Assembly (NCBI GenBank): GCA_963693365.1
Contig: CAVNZM010000001.1
Location: forward strand, 17,169,840-17,233,839
Direction: 5' to 3'
Source of the DNA: Amoebidium appalachense
Lineage: Eukaryota; Protista; Ichthyosporea
Length of the DNA stretch: 64,000 nucleotides
The position numbers and the translations under genes were made by a program. Position 1 is the first letter of the stretch; each line of letters starts with the position of its first letter. The notes beneath the pieces were generated by a model. That model was not told the DNA's origin. It did no database searches and was given only the letters and a program-made list of their open reading frames with translations. Below are positions 31,632-59,528 of this stretch, piece after piece.

Positions 31632-33398
31632 CTACTTTAAGAGTGTTATTGCCCCCCCCCCCCCCCCCGCGCTCCAACCACCACCACCACCACCACCGCC
31701 GCCACCACCACCACACTCCCTTTACTCTGGAAAAAATGAAAACCCCATGACCTTATCAACAGTATACGCTCATAATATGAGTTGTAAATCCACAGGACTG
31801 TGCAGCCCGCGGAATAGCTTTTGCTTCAGCACGCAACCATGGCAGGCATTAACAAGGAATGTACGTACAGAACACACAAGTACATGTTCTCGTTTCATCT
31901 CACCCTTAGTGAAACGAGCAGACACGTATAAGTTTGTACAACAAGAAAAGCGATGCATCACAACCCAGCTTTACTTATCAGAATCATACATGCTACACAG
32001 CCTTAAGTGACAGAGCACCAGCGCACTCCACGCCAATTCCGGCAGGATGAATTTTATATACTTCTATGTTAATGTTAGAGTCTTGAGTATCCAAGCCTTA
32101 GTTTGCTGTGATAAAACAACCCTCGTGACGAGTCGACTTTATCGGTGATGTACGCAACACACTGGCAACACAACCAGCCCCCACCAGCTACCCCGCACAA
32201 AAAAACTCGAGCAATTACCTTTCCTTTTTTGGCTTTTCACAACCTTTGGCTTCAAGCCTCTCCGGCCTGCTAGTATTTTTCTCCGGTTGAACGTTGTCGG
32301 TACATTCCGTTAAGGTATGGTCATGTTACTGTGCAATTGAGATCTCATGCAAACGAGTAGAAGCTGTATAAAATAGCCCCGGGATCCAAACTTGTACGAC
32401 ACGTTGTATTAGGGTGTTAAAGCGTCTTTGAAAACGTTCGACTAGTGGGTAGTTGTTGGGGCAAGTGTGTGGCAGTTACTTCGAGAGACGACAAGATGTC
32501 CCGTAACGGCCCTACGATGCAGATGGCCGTAATCCACAAACCTAAACTATGTTTTGCGCTAGTGGGGCTGTGTGTGTGTGTTTTCTAATATGTGTCTGTG
32601 TCTGCACTCTTGTGTGTGTGGTTTGCGTGTGTATTGTAGCCTTCGGTGTGTTGGACTGTGTTCGTGTTCGTATTTCTACGTGGTTGTGATGTGCGTGGTC
32701 CTAAGTTTGTGTGTGTGTAAGTACTTTATGTGCATGTGTGTGTGTGTGTGTGTGTGTGCGTGCGTGCATGCGTTCATGTGTGTGTGTGTGCATGCATGTG
32801 TCTTCAACGGTGCGTGTGTTACGTGTGTGCGTGTGTGCGTGACAAAGACAGTGATAGACGTCCCACTGGGAAGCTCGCCCTAGCTCTATGATTGTGTGTT
32901 GACTTCGTTGAACGTGCATTTGACTGCTGATTGTCGACGTCTGTCGACTGTAGCCTGTGTGAGATGCGCAAACACTCAGGTATTCGGGGGATTGCGCAAA
33001 CCAAGGCTTTTGAAGTCACGTGACCATGATGACGTAATATCAGCGAGATCTCTCCCGGCCGGCCCGTGCTACACAGCCTCAAAAGCCTTCGAGCTGTTTA
33101 GGGCATGGGTAGTTATAAGGTTGAAAGTGTAGCTTAGCGCGCTTTTTCCAACTTATATACTGTAATATAGTCTTCTCAGAGCCTCACACAATTTCGTTCG
33201 TAACAGGCAAGTAAACTTCATTTACAACTGACTTTGGAACGGGTTGTAAAAAGGCGCAGGGAGGGAGTGAGCACATGACGGGAAAGCCCGTGCATAGTGA
33301 CAGTGTTTGGTTTCGCTTTTACGAATCCCGGAAGCAAGTTTAAAGAGGGTAACTTACTTAAAAGGAGCACATAGTGTAGCGGTTTAGTGTGTGCAGGG
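31632..33398. promoter_or_regulatory. Divergent intergenic/5'UTR region between the sugar porter (-) and PRP3 (+)
   Basis: Head-to-head gene starts. Palindromic GTCACGTGAC at 33015-33024 followed by ATGACGTAA. Both ATGs are closely preceded by an AG, suggesting 5'UTR introns. Confidence 0.5.
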
Positions 33399-45262
<11,864 letters not shown>

Positions 45263-45787
45263 GGCCTGTGATCTGCCAGCCACCTTCTCCCCTTCATTTT
45301 ATCTCTCCCCCCTCCCCCTTTTTCTTCCTCCTCGCCCCCCCCCCTTCTCCCCCCCCCCCCCCCCCCCCCTCCCCTTCGCCCCGCTCGCCAAACAGCAACG
45401 ACAACAATTCAAAAAAAAAAACATGCCATTCACCCACCAAACCCCGCACACTTCCCTGTACACCCATGCACAAGCCGCCACCACTACGTCTCAGCACTTT
45501 TGAGTGGGAAGAGAACAAAGTAAACATCAAAGGTCTATGTTGTAGAATGAAGGTATGCACAAGACTCCACAAGCAACCACCCAATGCAATATGATGGGTT
45601 TCGGGTTCCACCGATCGACTGCCTTATATCATCTGTGCTTTGAGAGTAAACAACCACTGAATACACATGCACAATTGCTTCTTCTACGTTGATGCTGTTG
45701 TCTTTCTTTTTGTTCAAGTTTTTCGTCCTCGGAAGGGTTGGGGTTGGTTGTGATATATCGGGGTGTTGATCGCGTGGAGAGAGAGGT

Positions 45788-45823
<36 letters not shown>

Positions 45824-46247
45824 CGCTAATCGTAATAGTCCAGACGTTCCACAGTTGTGCGAATATCGAGCAAGTGTTCACGTGGATAGACAAATACTGT
45901 GCACATTAATCTTCAAATGGCAACCGCTTCGTGTTGATTTGGCTCAGCCTGACCGATATTAGTAAGTGTGTTCCATTTTGATTTGATATATTATTATATG
46001 GTTTGATGGTGGATGAAAGCCTGGGCTATGCCGAAAATAAAACTGAATCGATTGTCACGGTGGTTATATCTTGCGGTTAGGCTTGCAACAGTGAGACAAA
46101 ATCCTGCAGTGTAGTAGTAAAGGTCATCTGACCTACAACCCATGACCTCCCCCCCCCCCCCCCCCCCCTCCCCCCCCCCTCCCCCCCCCCCCCCCTGCTC
46201 CCCTCCCCCCCCCCCCCCCCCCCCCCCCACCCACCCAAACCCTCTCA

Positions 46248-46338
46248 CTCTCTCTCCCTCCCTCCCTCCCTCCCTCCCTCCCTCCCTCCCCCCTTCTCTA
46301 TCTCAGATCTTCTCTCTCTCTCGCTCTGTCGACGTCTC

Positions 46339-46419
<81 letters not shown>

Positions 46420-46426
46420 ACGTCTC

Positions 46427-46466
<40 letters not shown>

Positions 46467-46473
46467 CCTCTTC

Positions 46474-46545
<72 letters not shown>
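46248..46545. repeat. (CT)n/(CCCT)n microsatellite block with a duplicated TCTGTCGACGTC interruption
   Basis: Direct reading of the sequence. Confidence 0.9.
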
Positions 46546-46548
<3 letters not shown>

Positions 46549-47069
46549 CCCCTCCCTCAGCTCCCTCTAGATCTGACTCGGTCTCTCTTTACTACCATCA
46601 TTACGGTGTAAAAAACCCTCTGCGTGCAACTCGAGCTCCCTCTAGATCTGCTCAGTGAAACTATCTATCAGTCAGACTCTATCCTGGCAACCGCACCGCC
46701 TCGCCGCGAGTCGACTGTACCACGCGTACAACAAAAAGAAGCTTGCGCCATGCACAGATGTGTGCATGCCGAGGTCACTGAGGTGCACAAAAACGTTCTA
46801 AAGACCCCGGTGAGACCTGGTAGGCCAACGGCAGAGACGGTCGCCAGTCACCAGTCAAGATCGATATCATTTTGAAAGCCGTTTACGGTACTGGGGCAAG
46901 TGCATATTTAGTTGGAGTGGCAACTTGGAGGATATGTCATGCACGCCCTTGAGTGCTCCCATTTAGTATAAAGCTAATACTACTAGCGGCCGGGGCACTG
47001 AAGAAGCAACAAAAGTTGGCTTGAAAGTTTTGGTATGTATGTATTCAAAGGATGCCAGTTTGTTTGGTA

Positions 47070-47320
47070 GAGCTTACATTGGTTTGTGCACAACTTCAGA
47101 AAGCCATTTCAATTGGAGTAGGGAGCATCGGAATTTATAATGCCCGATGTCGTAAACCAATCACATTTATCTAATAGTAATGATGTAAGTTTTTGACGAC
47201 AAACGATTGGTCAACCAAATCTCGGTGTGAGCGTTCGATGTGATTGGTTTCCGCCACTTGACTGTAGTCACGGCCATCTAGAAACACCCTAGATGGCCGT
47301 GACTGTAGTATATAAGCGAG
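47070..47320 (+). promoter_or_regulatory. Putative core promoter of the repeat-protein gene: CCAAT boxes plus TATA box
   Basis: ATTGG/CCAAT at ~47078, 47112, 47157, 47206 and 47243. TATATAAG at 47309-47316, about 130 bp upstream of the ATG at 47441. Confidence 0.55.
47269..47301. mobile_element. 33-bp inverted-repeat element with perfect 8-bp target-site duplication; probable P-type excision footprint or minimal MITE
   Basis: ACTGTAGT (47261-47268), then CACGGCCATCTAG-AAACACC-CTAGATGGCCGTG, then ACTGTAGT (47302-47309). Confidence 0.82.
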
Positions 47321-47440
47321 TCAGATATCGGATTCGCCAGCAGCAGCAACAAACATCACAGGATTGCTATTTTCAGCGTTGCCCAGCTTGCTTTTCTATT
47401 ACACACACACTACAGCACCGCACAAGCAGTAATCGCTAGA

Positions 47441-49837
47441 ATGGCTTCCCGCACAGCCAAAGCACTGTGTGTGCTACTTTTTGCACTTCTAGCCACAATC
47501 GCAAACGCAGCCAGCACTGGGTATCGTGAGCCTGACCAACCCCTGCCTGCCGCAGGCCCAATCAGACCATGTGGGCCGGGTGTGGGTGGTGCGGGCTGCA
47601 CGCCACCTAATTCTGTTAGGAGCATGATCATCACAAACACTGGCACTGGCCCCGCTGACGTTGTTGTTACCTACAAGCGCACCGACGGCCAGACCGAGCA
47701 GGCAACCGGAACCATTGCTGCTGGTGCCTCGCAGGTCTTTGCCCGTCGCGAGTACCAGGGTGCCGGTGAGACCTGGACTAGTGTGATGGAAATAGTCAGT
47801 GTGCAGGTTAGTTCCGTGGGTGGAGGCAACTCGATTATCTCTGCACCTTTCTCTGGTGTGACTGGCATTACTGAGGACTACAAGCTCGAGATTAAGGGTG
47901 TCCCCGCCCCCGCACCTGCTCCCACCCCTCTGCCCCCCGTTGTTCCGTGTGTTGGAACCAATGGCGGTTGCACTCCCCCTGCCCGTGTCAACAGCATGGT
48001 CATTTTCAACACCGGCACCGCTTCCGCTGATGTGGTTGTTACCTACAAGCGCGCCGATGGTAAGACTGAGACTGCTGTTGCCACCATTGCCGCCGGCGCC
48101 TCGCAGTCTTTCGGTATCCGCGAGTATCAGGTTGAGGGCCAGACCTGGACGAGTGTGATGGAGATTGTCAGCGTGCAGTTTAGCTCTGTGGGCGGAGGTG
48201 TGTCCAACGTTGCTGCCCCGTTCCCGGGTGTCAACGGTGTGACTGTGGACTACAAGCTCGTGATTAAGGGCGTCCCCGCACCCACCCCTGCTCCCGCTCC
48301 CGCCCCCGTCTCTCTGCCCCCCGTTGTTCCGTGTGTTGGAACCAATGGCGGTTGCACTCCCCCTGCCCGTGTCAACAGCATGGTCATTTCCAACACCGGC
48401 ACCGCTTCCGCTGATGTGGTTGTTACCTACAAGAGCGCCGATGGTAAGACTGAGACTGCTGTTGCCACCATTGCCGCCGGCGCCTCGCAGTCTTTCGGTA
48501 TCCGCGAGTATCAGGGTGAGGGCCAGACCTGGACGAGTGTGATGGAGATTGTCAGCGTGCAGGTTAGCAGTGTGGGTGCTGGTGTTTCAAATATTGCCGC
48601 CCCTTTCCCCGGTGTTAACGGCGTCACTGTGGACTACAAGCTCGAGATTAAGGGTGTCCCCACCCCCGCACCCGCCCCTATCCCTGTGCCCCCTGTTGTT
48701 CCATGTGTTGGAACCAATGGCGGTTGCACTCCCCCTGCCCGTGTCAACAGCATGGTCATCTCCAACACCGGCACCGCTTCCGCTGATGTGGTTGTTACCT
48801 ACAAGCGCGCAGATGGTAAGACTGAGACTGCTGTTGCCACCCTTGCCGCCGGCGCCTCGCAGTCTTTCGGTATTCGCGAGTATCAGGGTGAGGGCCAGAC
48901 CTGGACGAGTGTGATGGAAATTGTCAGCGTGCAGTTTAGCTCTGTGGGCGGAGGTGTGTCCAACGTTGCCGCCCCGTTCCCGGGTGTCAACGGTGTGACT
49001 GTGGACTACAAGCTCGTGATTAAGGGCGTCCCCACACCCACCCCTGCTCCCGCCCCCGCCCCCGTCCCTCTGCCCCCCGTTGTTCCGTGTGTTGGAACCA
49101 ATGGCGGTTGCACTCCCCCTGCCCGTGTCAACAGCATGGTCATCTCCAACACCGGCACCGCTTCCGCTGATGTGGTTGTTACCTACAAGCGCGCAGATGG
49201 TAAGACTGAGACTGCTGTTGCCACCCTTGCCGCCGGCGCCTCGCAGTCTTTCGGTATTCGCGAGTATCAGGGTGAGGGCCAGACCTGGACGAGTGTGATG
49301 GAAATTGTCAGCGTGCAGTTTAGCTCTGTGGGTGGAGGTGTGTCCAATGTTGCTGCCCCGTTCCCGGGTGTCAACGGCGTGACTGTGGACTACAAGCTCG
49401 AGATTAAGGGTTTCCCCGCACCAACGCCTATGCCTGAGCCCAATCCCATCACCCCTTGTGTTGGTTCCAACGGTGCGTGCCGGCCCCCCACATACGTTAA
49501 GGGTGCCACTATCTTCAACCGCTCTGGCCGCACCATCCGCCTTGTTGCTGTCTACAGCTCGACCGATGGCAAGAAGTCTGAGCGTCAGGTGTCTGTTGTT
49601 GCTCCCGGCCAGTCTGCCGTCTTTGCACCGCGTGAGTGGCAGGAGAATGGGGCCACCTTCACCCAGGTCCTTCCTCTGGCTCATATTACCGTTGCTATTG
49701 ACGGCCAGAGGACCGGCCGCCGTTACCTTGCTCCCTTCGGCACGTCCGGAATTACTGAGGACCTTGACCTGACCGTGAGAATGGCGGGTGCACGTCTTGC
49801 GCTCGCACGCGGCAAGCCTGCTAGCACCGGCTATTAG
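47441..49837 (+). CDS. Intronless secreted 798-aa protein with six ~125-aa beta-rich repeats joined by Pro/Ala/Thr linkers; function unknown
   Basis: Long ORF with strong C/T-ending codon bias. Signal peptide MASRTAKALCVLLFALLATIANA. Repeats run PCVGTNGGCTPPARVNSMVISNTG...DYKLEIKG; copies 2-5 are near identical and 1 and 6 divergent. No TM or GPI-like tail. Confidence 0.92.
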   Translation: MASRTAKALCVLLFALLATIANAASTGYREPDQPLPAAGPIRPCGPGVGGAGCTPPNSVRSMIITNTGTGPADVVVTYKRTDGQTEQATGTIAAGASQVFARREYQGAGETWTSVMEIVSVQVSSVGGGNSIISAPFSGVTGITEDYKLEIKGVPAPAPAPTPLPPVVPCVGTNGGCTPPARVNSMVIFNTGTASADVVVTYKRADGKTETAVATIAAGASQSFGIREYQVEGQTWTSVMEIVSVQFSSVGGGVSNVAAPFPGVNGVTVDYKLVIKGVPAPTPAPAPAPVSLPPVVPCVGTNGGCTPPARVNSMVISNTGTASADVVVTYKSADGKTETAVATIAAGASQSFGIREYQGEGQTWTSVMEIVSVQVSSVGAGVSNIAAPFPGVNGVTVDYKLEIKGVPTPAPAPIPVPPVVPCVGTNGGCTPPARVNSMVISNTGTASADVVVTYKRADGKTETAVATLAAGASQSFGIREYQGEGQTWTSVMEIVSVQFSSVGGGVSNVAAPFPGVNGVTVDYKLVIKGVPTPTPAPAPAPVPLPPVVPCVGTNGGCTPPARVNSMVISNTGTASADVVVTYKRADGKTETAVATLAAGASQSFGIREYQGEGQTWTSVMEIVSVQFSSVGGGVSNVAAPFPGVNGVTVDYKLEIKGFPAPTPMPEPNPITPCVGSNGACRPPTYVKGATIFNRSGRTIRLVAVYSSTDGKKSERQVSVVAPGQSAVFAPREWQENGATFTQVLPLAHITVAIDGQRTGRRYLAPFGTSGITEDLDLTVRMAGARLALARGKPASTGY

Positions 49838-50125
49838 TTAACTGAATGGTGTCTTTGAGAGCTGTATAGTTAACGGTGGTATGACGAGCTAGTGTTTTTT
49901 TATTACCCATGCGTACTCATCGGAGTCTTGTTGATAATCTGGGTGTCCTCATTGTATGAGCACGAATAATAATATTAGTTTCTGTTAGAATTTAAAGCAT
50001 GCTACTGCAGTTGTATAACGAAAGCAGGCAGAACAGGCAGAATGTAGCATGCTAATATAGTTGCATAACGAAAGCATTTTTTATACAGTTAAATAAAACT
50101 TGAGCTGACAAAACAAATTGTACTA

Positions 50126-50205
50126 GCAGCCTATTATCCTCGGCCATGAAGGTGTGTGTGGCCTCGCAGCCTATTATCCTCGGCCATGAAGGTGTGTGTG
50201 GCCTC
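50126..50205. repeat. Perfect 40-bp tandem duplication
   Basis: GCAGCCTATTATCCTCGGCCATGAAGGTGTGTGTGGCCTC at 50126-50165 and 50166-50205. Confidence 0.9.
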
Positions 50206-50270
50206 GGTGTTGGAGCCACCCGATTATCCTGTTGAATCACTACAGTATCCGTGGGCCACCTTTTCATGAT
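50200..50270 (-). pseudogene. Possible Tc1/mariner (DD39D-like) transposase relic fragment
   Basis: Translation KRWPTDTVVIQQDN resembles the K.WP...I.IQQDNA motif around the second catalytic Asp. Very short, and no TIRs found. Confidence 0.3.
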
Positions 50271-50705
50271 GATGAATTTACTGAAATTTGCCCTCCTGCA
50301 TTTTTGCCTACACTGTTAACACACAAATGCATTTTCCCCGGTATGCCCCCCCCTCCCCCCCCCCCCGTCTCTCCTACTTCACCTGTCCTCCCCCCCCCCC
50401 CCCTCCCCCCTCCCCCCCCCCCCCCCCCCAATTCCGTGCCACCTCCCGTGCGAAGACGTTGTGGTGCACACCAATTTAACATGTCAGTGCACACACACAC
50501 ATCATGACACATGCCCTTTATTCTTGTCCGCACATTCCAGACGCGCTGAGACATAACGAACACATGATCCATGGCACATGCATCCATGCATGCACACGTG
50601 ATCGCACGTACATACACACTCGCACACACTCACACTCATGATCACTAACGCACCAGCGCGAGCACACATGTACACACACATGCACACGGTTTCACACACA
50701 TGCAC

Positions 50706-50745
<40 letters not shown>

Positions 50746-51433
50746 CACGCTGCGCATGTGTGCGCGTACACCGAGTTCCTCCCTCCCCCCTCCTCCCCCC
50801 TTGCACACACCCCTCCTCACCACACACACACTCCAACCACACATCCACACCCTCGCGGCACACACACACACATGCACACGACACACACACACACACACAC
50901 ACACACCTTGAAGCAGACACAACGTGGGGCACACAATATCACACGTTCACATATAATAACACACAAAAATGTTGACACACTGCACCTTGCGCAAAGCTAC
51001 TGACATACATATTGCTCTGCGGCAAGCTGGGCGACTTCGCATCCCAGACAAGAAGACTTGCCAGCTCACAAATTTCAGATGCGCATGTGCACACACTTAT
51101 CACATACAACACACCGTGACGTCGACGTGCACACACGGTACATATATGGCACGCATGTATGGTGGGCACCGCTACATGGCACCGGACTCTAGCAGTCACA
51201 CGTGCATATACACGTACAAGCGCACACGTGCCCACCTAAAAATGGAGATATTGGACAAAACTTTATCGAGACGATGAACATCAAGAAGAGGTGCCTATAC
51301 CCAGTTTACCCTCCCACATTATACCTTCGTCCATCCCTCTCACTCCCCTTCCTTCTCCTGACTTCCTCCTCCCCCCTCTCCCTCCACCCCAGCGGCTCCC
51401 CCCTCCCCTTCCCCTCCTCCATAGAGACTCTGG

Positions 51434-51467
<34 letters not shown>

Positions 51468-53281
51468 GAGAGAGGGAGAGAGGGGGGGAGGAGGGGGGGG
51501 GGGGGGAGAACCTTAAGGGAAAAAACAACAGCTACCGACCACCCAACCCTGCCACCAGCCCTCCTTAGCCTAGCCAGACACCTCTGTACATGTTTATGCC
51601 CTCTGAGAACGGCTTTCCCCTTGCAAGAACACGCAACCAGGCAAGAAACTCAACCCCATCCCTGGTAGTTCATCGTCACTGTTGACCATCAGACCTTAGC
51701 AACCCGGAGAAGCGCTTAAAATGTCCTTGTACAACGCTTGTAATACTAGTTGTTTTGACATGAGGGTTATAATTATAACGCTCCAGACAAGGATTCCACA
51801 GTGGCCTTAACAGTTGATGCATGTACAGAACATGTTTGTCCTTAGGCATTTCCCAAAAGCCGTGATCAGCACTACTAAGGGGCCTGCTCTTTTGGAAAAT
51901 GCCGTAAGCCCTAACCTCCGTTACCATACTGATGCCGCCATGCACATCCTGTGCCTAAAACCCCGGCAACGAGTTCCATCGCAGGCTTCGCAGCCCCAGT
52001 CATCGTGAGACTCAAGCATCAGCCCCATGCCGCTTGCTGTGCCCTTTTGCTTATATGCCAGGTTAACCTTCTGCCTTTCTGTGGTTGTTACGCATACCTG
52101 CCAGAAGGGTGAACCGCACGTCACGCAATTCGTTTAGAGAAGTACTACATACATACTGTAAAAAACTGTTGATAGTGAACACAGGCAGGCGTTGGGCTTT
52201 CCAACACTTGAACAATGTTCACCGAGGTGGCAGCACCGTTGCATGCCGGCGCCTGAGTTTGCGCCAAAAAAAATTACCTGCCAAAAATGGCAGGTGCTTC
52301 TGCTTGCTCTAAAGCTGCGGTCATGGCTGCCAAGGCTAAACCCGACCACAGTCACCAAGACCACTTCGAATGGTTTAGGTGGCGGGGAATTCACTCCGTG
52401 CGCAGTAAAGTGTATTTTGGGCACGGTTGGCAAACCAACTGTAATACTTCAAATAAAAGAATAATAAAGTTAAATCAAATTTTCTAGAACTCAGTTGCTC
52501 ATTGCTCTTATTTTGCTAGCCTAAGTGGCCGGGCACAGGCCTGTTCATCGATCATGTATATCAATATACTGTCATGGGGATGACTATAGGGTTGTCAAAG
52601 GACCTACCCAAATTGGCAGGTAAATGGATGACTGGCACAAAAGGCAACACCGAACTTCAAGCACACAGCAACCGGAACCAGCCCAGGCAAACAAACCTAA
52701 GGAAAAGGAGACAGCAAGCTTGGAGACTGTTGCAGATTTAGAGAAAAACATACGGTGGAAAAGGTGTGTGGCTTTATCTCTGCATGTGCCTTTCATCGTA
52801 TCACATGTAGGTTGCAATCTAAGAGCCGCTCGAGACCTTTAAGGGGCTTTTTTGGAGGGTTTGGAGATGGGATCCCTGTTGACAGATGCACCCTCGCGAG
52901 CTCGATAGTCCAGGGCCGCCAGTGACGGCATGCGTAGTTCCTTTTTAGTTCTTTCACCCACTGTATGTCATTTTTGATAGAGGAGAGGGAAGGGGGGTGT
53001 GGGGGGAGGGGAGGGGAGGGGAGGGGGGAAGGGAGTTGGGGGGTTCGTGGCTGTTGTGGATGGTGTGAACCGGGGGAAGCCGGAGTCGTAGGGGAAGGAG
53101 GCACACGGGAGGTGGGGGGAATAGTGGTGGCGGGGGCTGTGAAGGAGGAGCCAAAAAAAACTAAGTCAAAGGTAAAGCCCGACTTAACAAGCCAGCTAGC
53201 CTCTTTGTTGTTCAGCATTTTGAATAAGCAGTCGCTGCTGAGAGTACTAACAGCAGATCTTGCCCTGTCTGCAGCGGCAAC

Positions 53282-57627
<4,346 letters not shown>

Positions 57628-58230
57628 ATTAGTGACTGTGCACAGTGCGTTGCTTAGGGCCTTTGGGGCTTTTGCGCGTTGTGCAATCACAGATTGGAAA
57701 CATCAAGGTTGCACGCATGCAATGCAGGTGTTAATTGAATGGTGGTATTTACGTCGAATGTGCATTTATATTTATTATAACGTCGTAATGATTGTCACGA
57801 ATCATGTTATCCATCTTTTTGTAATCCTTATTGGACCAGAGATGTTTGCAACATCAAAATAAAGGTCACGAGACAACAAAACAATCGAGAGGAAGAGTAT
57901 GCCGTAGCCACACTCATCACGTAGCCGACCCACTACTTGAATTACATCGACCGGCACCAATACTTTTTGCGCGGAAGCTTATGTGCACTGTAACTGCAGT
58001 TTATTTTACTGTCAACACTGTTCCACGTTTTGTACACTTGGTGGCAATCTCGAACATTATGGCGACTCCGTTCAGCACCCACTGTCCCACTGCCTACTCC
58101 CGCATATCCCCCCCCCCAAATCCATTCAACCTAATAGTATGTACTTAGCCCACTAGGCACCCATTCTCCAGATCACCTCGTTCTCCCAATTCTATTTCGA
58201 GTTCGGTCTGTTCCTTCCGTCCTTCAAGCC

Positions 58231-58267
<37 letters not shown>

Positions 58268-58494
58268 CATTACCTCTTAACGAAAAACAAATTGAAGAGA
58301 GGGTGAGTTGGGGAGAGTGGGAAGAAAGGGAAGAGAGAAGGAAAGGACGGGGAGGGGAGGGAGGGGAGGGGATCAAGGAATGAGCAAATGAACAGTCAGA
58401 TGTTGTCACTGACAACACGTTGCTTCTTGATGAATGCGAAAGGAATAAAATACACGTGTGCTTGTGTGTTGTTTGTGTGTGCGCGCGCGTGTAT

Positions 58495-58542
<48 letters not shown>

Positions 58543-59167
58543 GGGAGGGGGAGGGAGAGAGACAAGGGTTTCGTGCTTGTGTACATGTGAGGTGCTTTTC
58601 CAGTGTTTGGCCACGTCCTGGCGTTGTATGTGCTGCAGGCAACATATGGTTGACAAAGTCCCTCAGTGTATATTGTGCTGGTTTTCGGTAGTTCGGTACG
58701 TGTGCTGTGTGGATTCGTGGAAGGGAGGATGTAAGAGTCGGGATATGGACATCATGTGAGGGTTTCACGGGGGGGGGGGGAGGGGGGGGGGGGAGGGGGG
58801 GAGGGGGGGGGGGGGGGGGGGGGGGGGAGGGGGACTCGTGCTGCTGATGGTGGGGAAAAGTAAGCTTGACCGGTTGTCCCACAAGTAGGGCACTTTCGTG
58901 TCATAGAAGGGTGCCCCGAGGGGTCCTTTGTTCTGGTAATAATTCTTGGCCTGGGGAATTGCCGTGTGCTACCATATTGGTAGTTGTGTTTTCGCGGAAA
59001 AACGTTGAATTTCAAGGATAAAAAATACATTCAAGATGAGGGGGAATTGGTGGGGGTGGGGGGGGGGGTGGGGGGAGTGGGGGGGGGGGGGGACGGGGGC
59101 GTGGCGGAGGGGTGGGCGAGTGATGGGGCTAGAGCGGAAAAGGAAGCGGGTGGGTGGGTGGGGAAAA

Positions 59168-59202
<35 letters not shown>

Positions 59203-59528
59203 TAGAAAAACCGTTATGACATAAACCAAAAGTTGGGGGGGGGGGGGGAGGAGGTTGGATTTATTGAGGGGTAGAATACATAGTGGGATAGACACGGAGG
59301 TTTGAGAGAGGGAAGAGGGTTGAGAAGCGGAAAGATGGGGGGGGGGGGGGGGAGGGGGGGGGGGGGAGGGTTCAAAAATAAGGAGTAAGTAAACAAGAGG
59401 ATTGACCATAGACTAACTTTCATACGTCGTAGGTTCAGTTTGTCAGATACATCTTGCTGTACATGCGTTTCTATTAACTCGGATCAAAAAACCAAAAATG
59501 GAGTTGAAAAAGACAACGTGGGCATCAT

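Noticed and set aside
45560-46140. Exon-like complex segments on the minus strand downstream of PRP3
   Set aside because: No coherent spliced ORF or recognisable motif could be assembled.
48587-49684. 365-aa antisense ORF
   Set aside because: Shadow of the codon-biased repeat gene on the opposite strand.
52140-52300. Plus-strand GRRWAFQ...KW resembling a Tc1 catalytic region
   Set aside because: The key QDN motif is absent and the reading conflicts with other interpretations of the segment.
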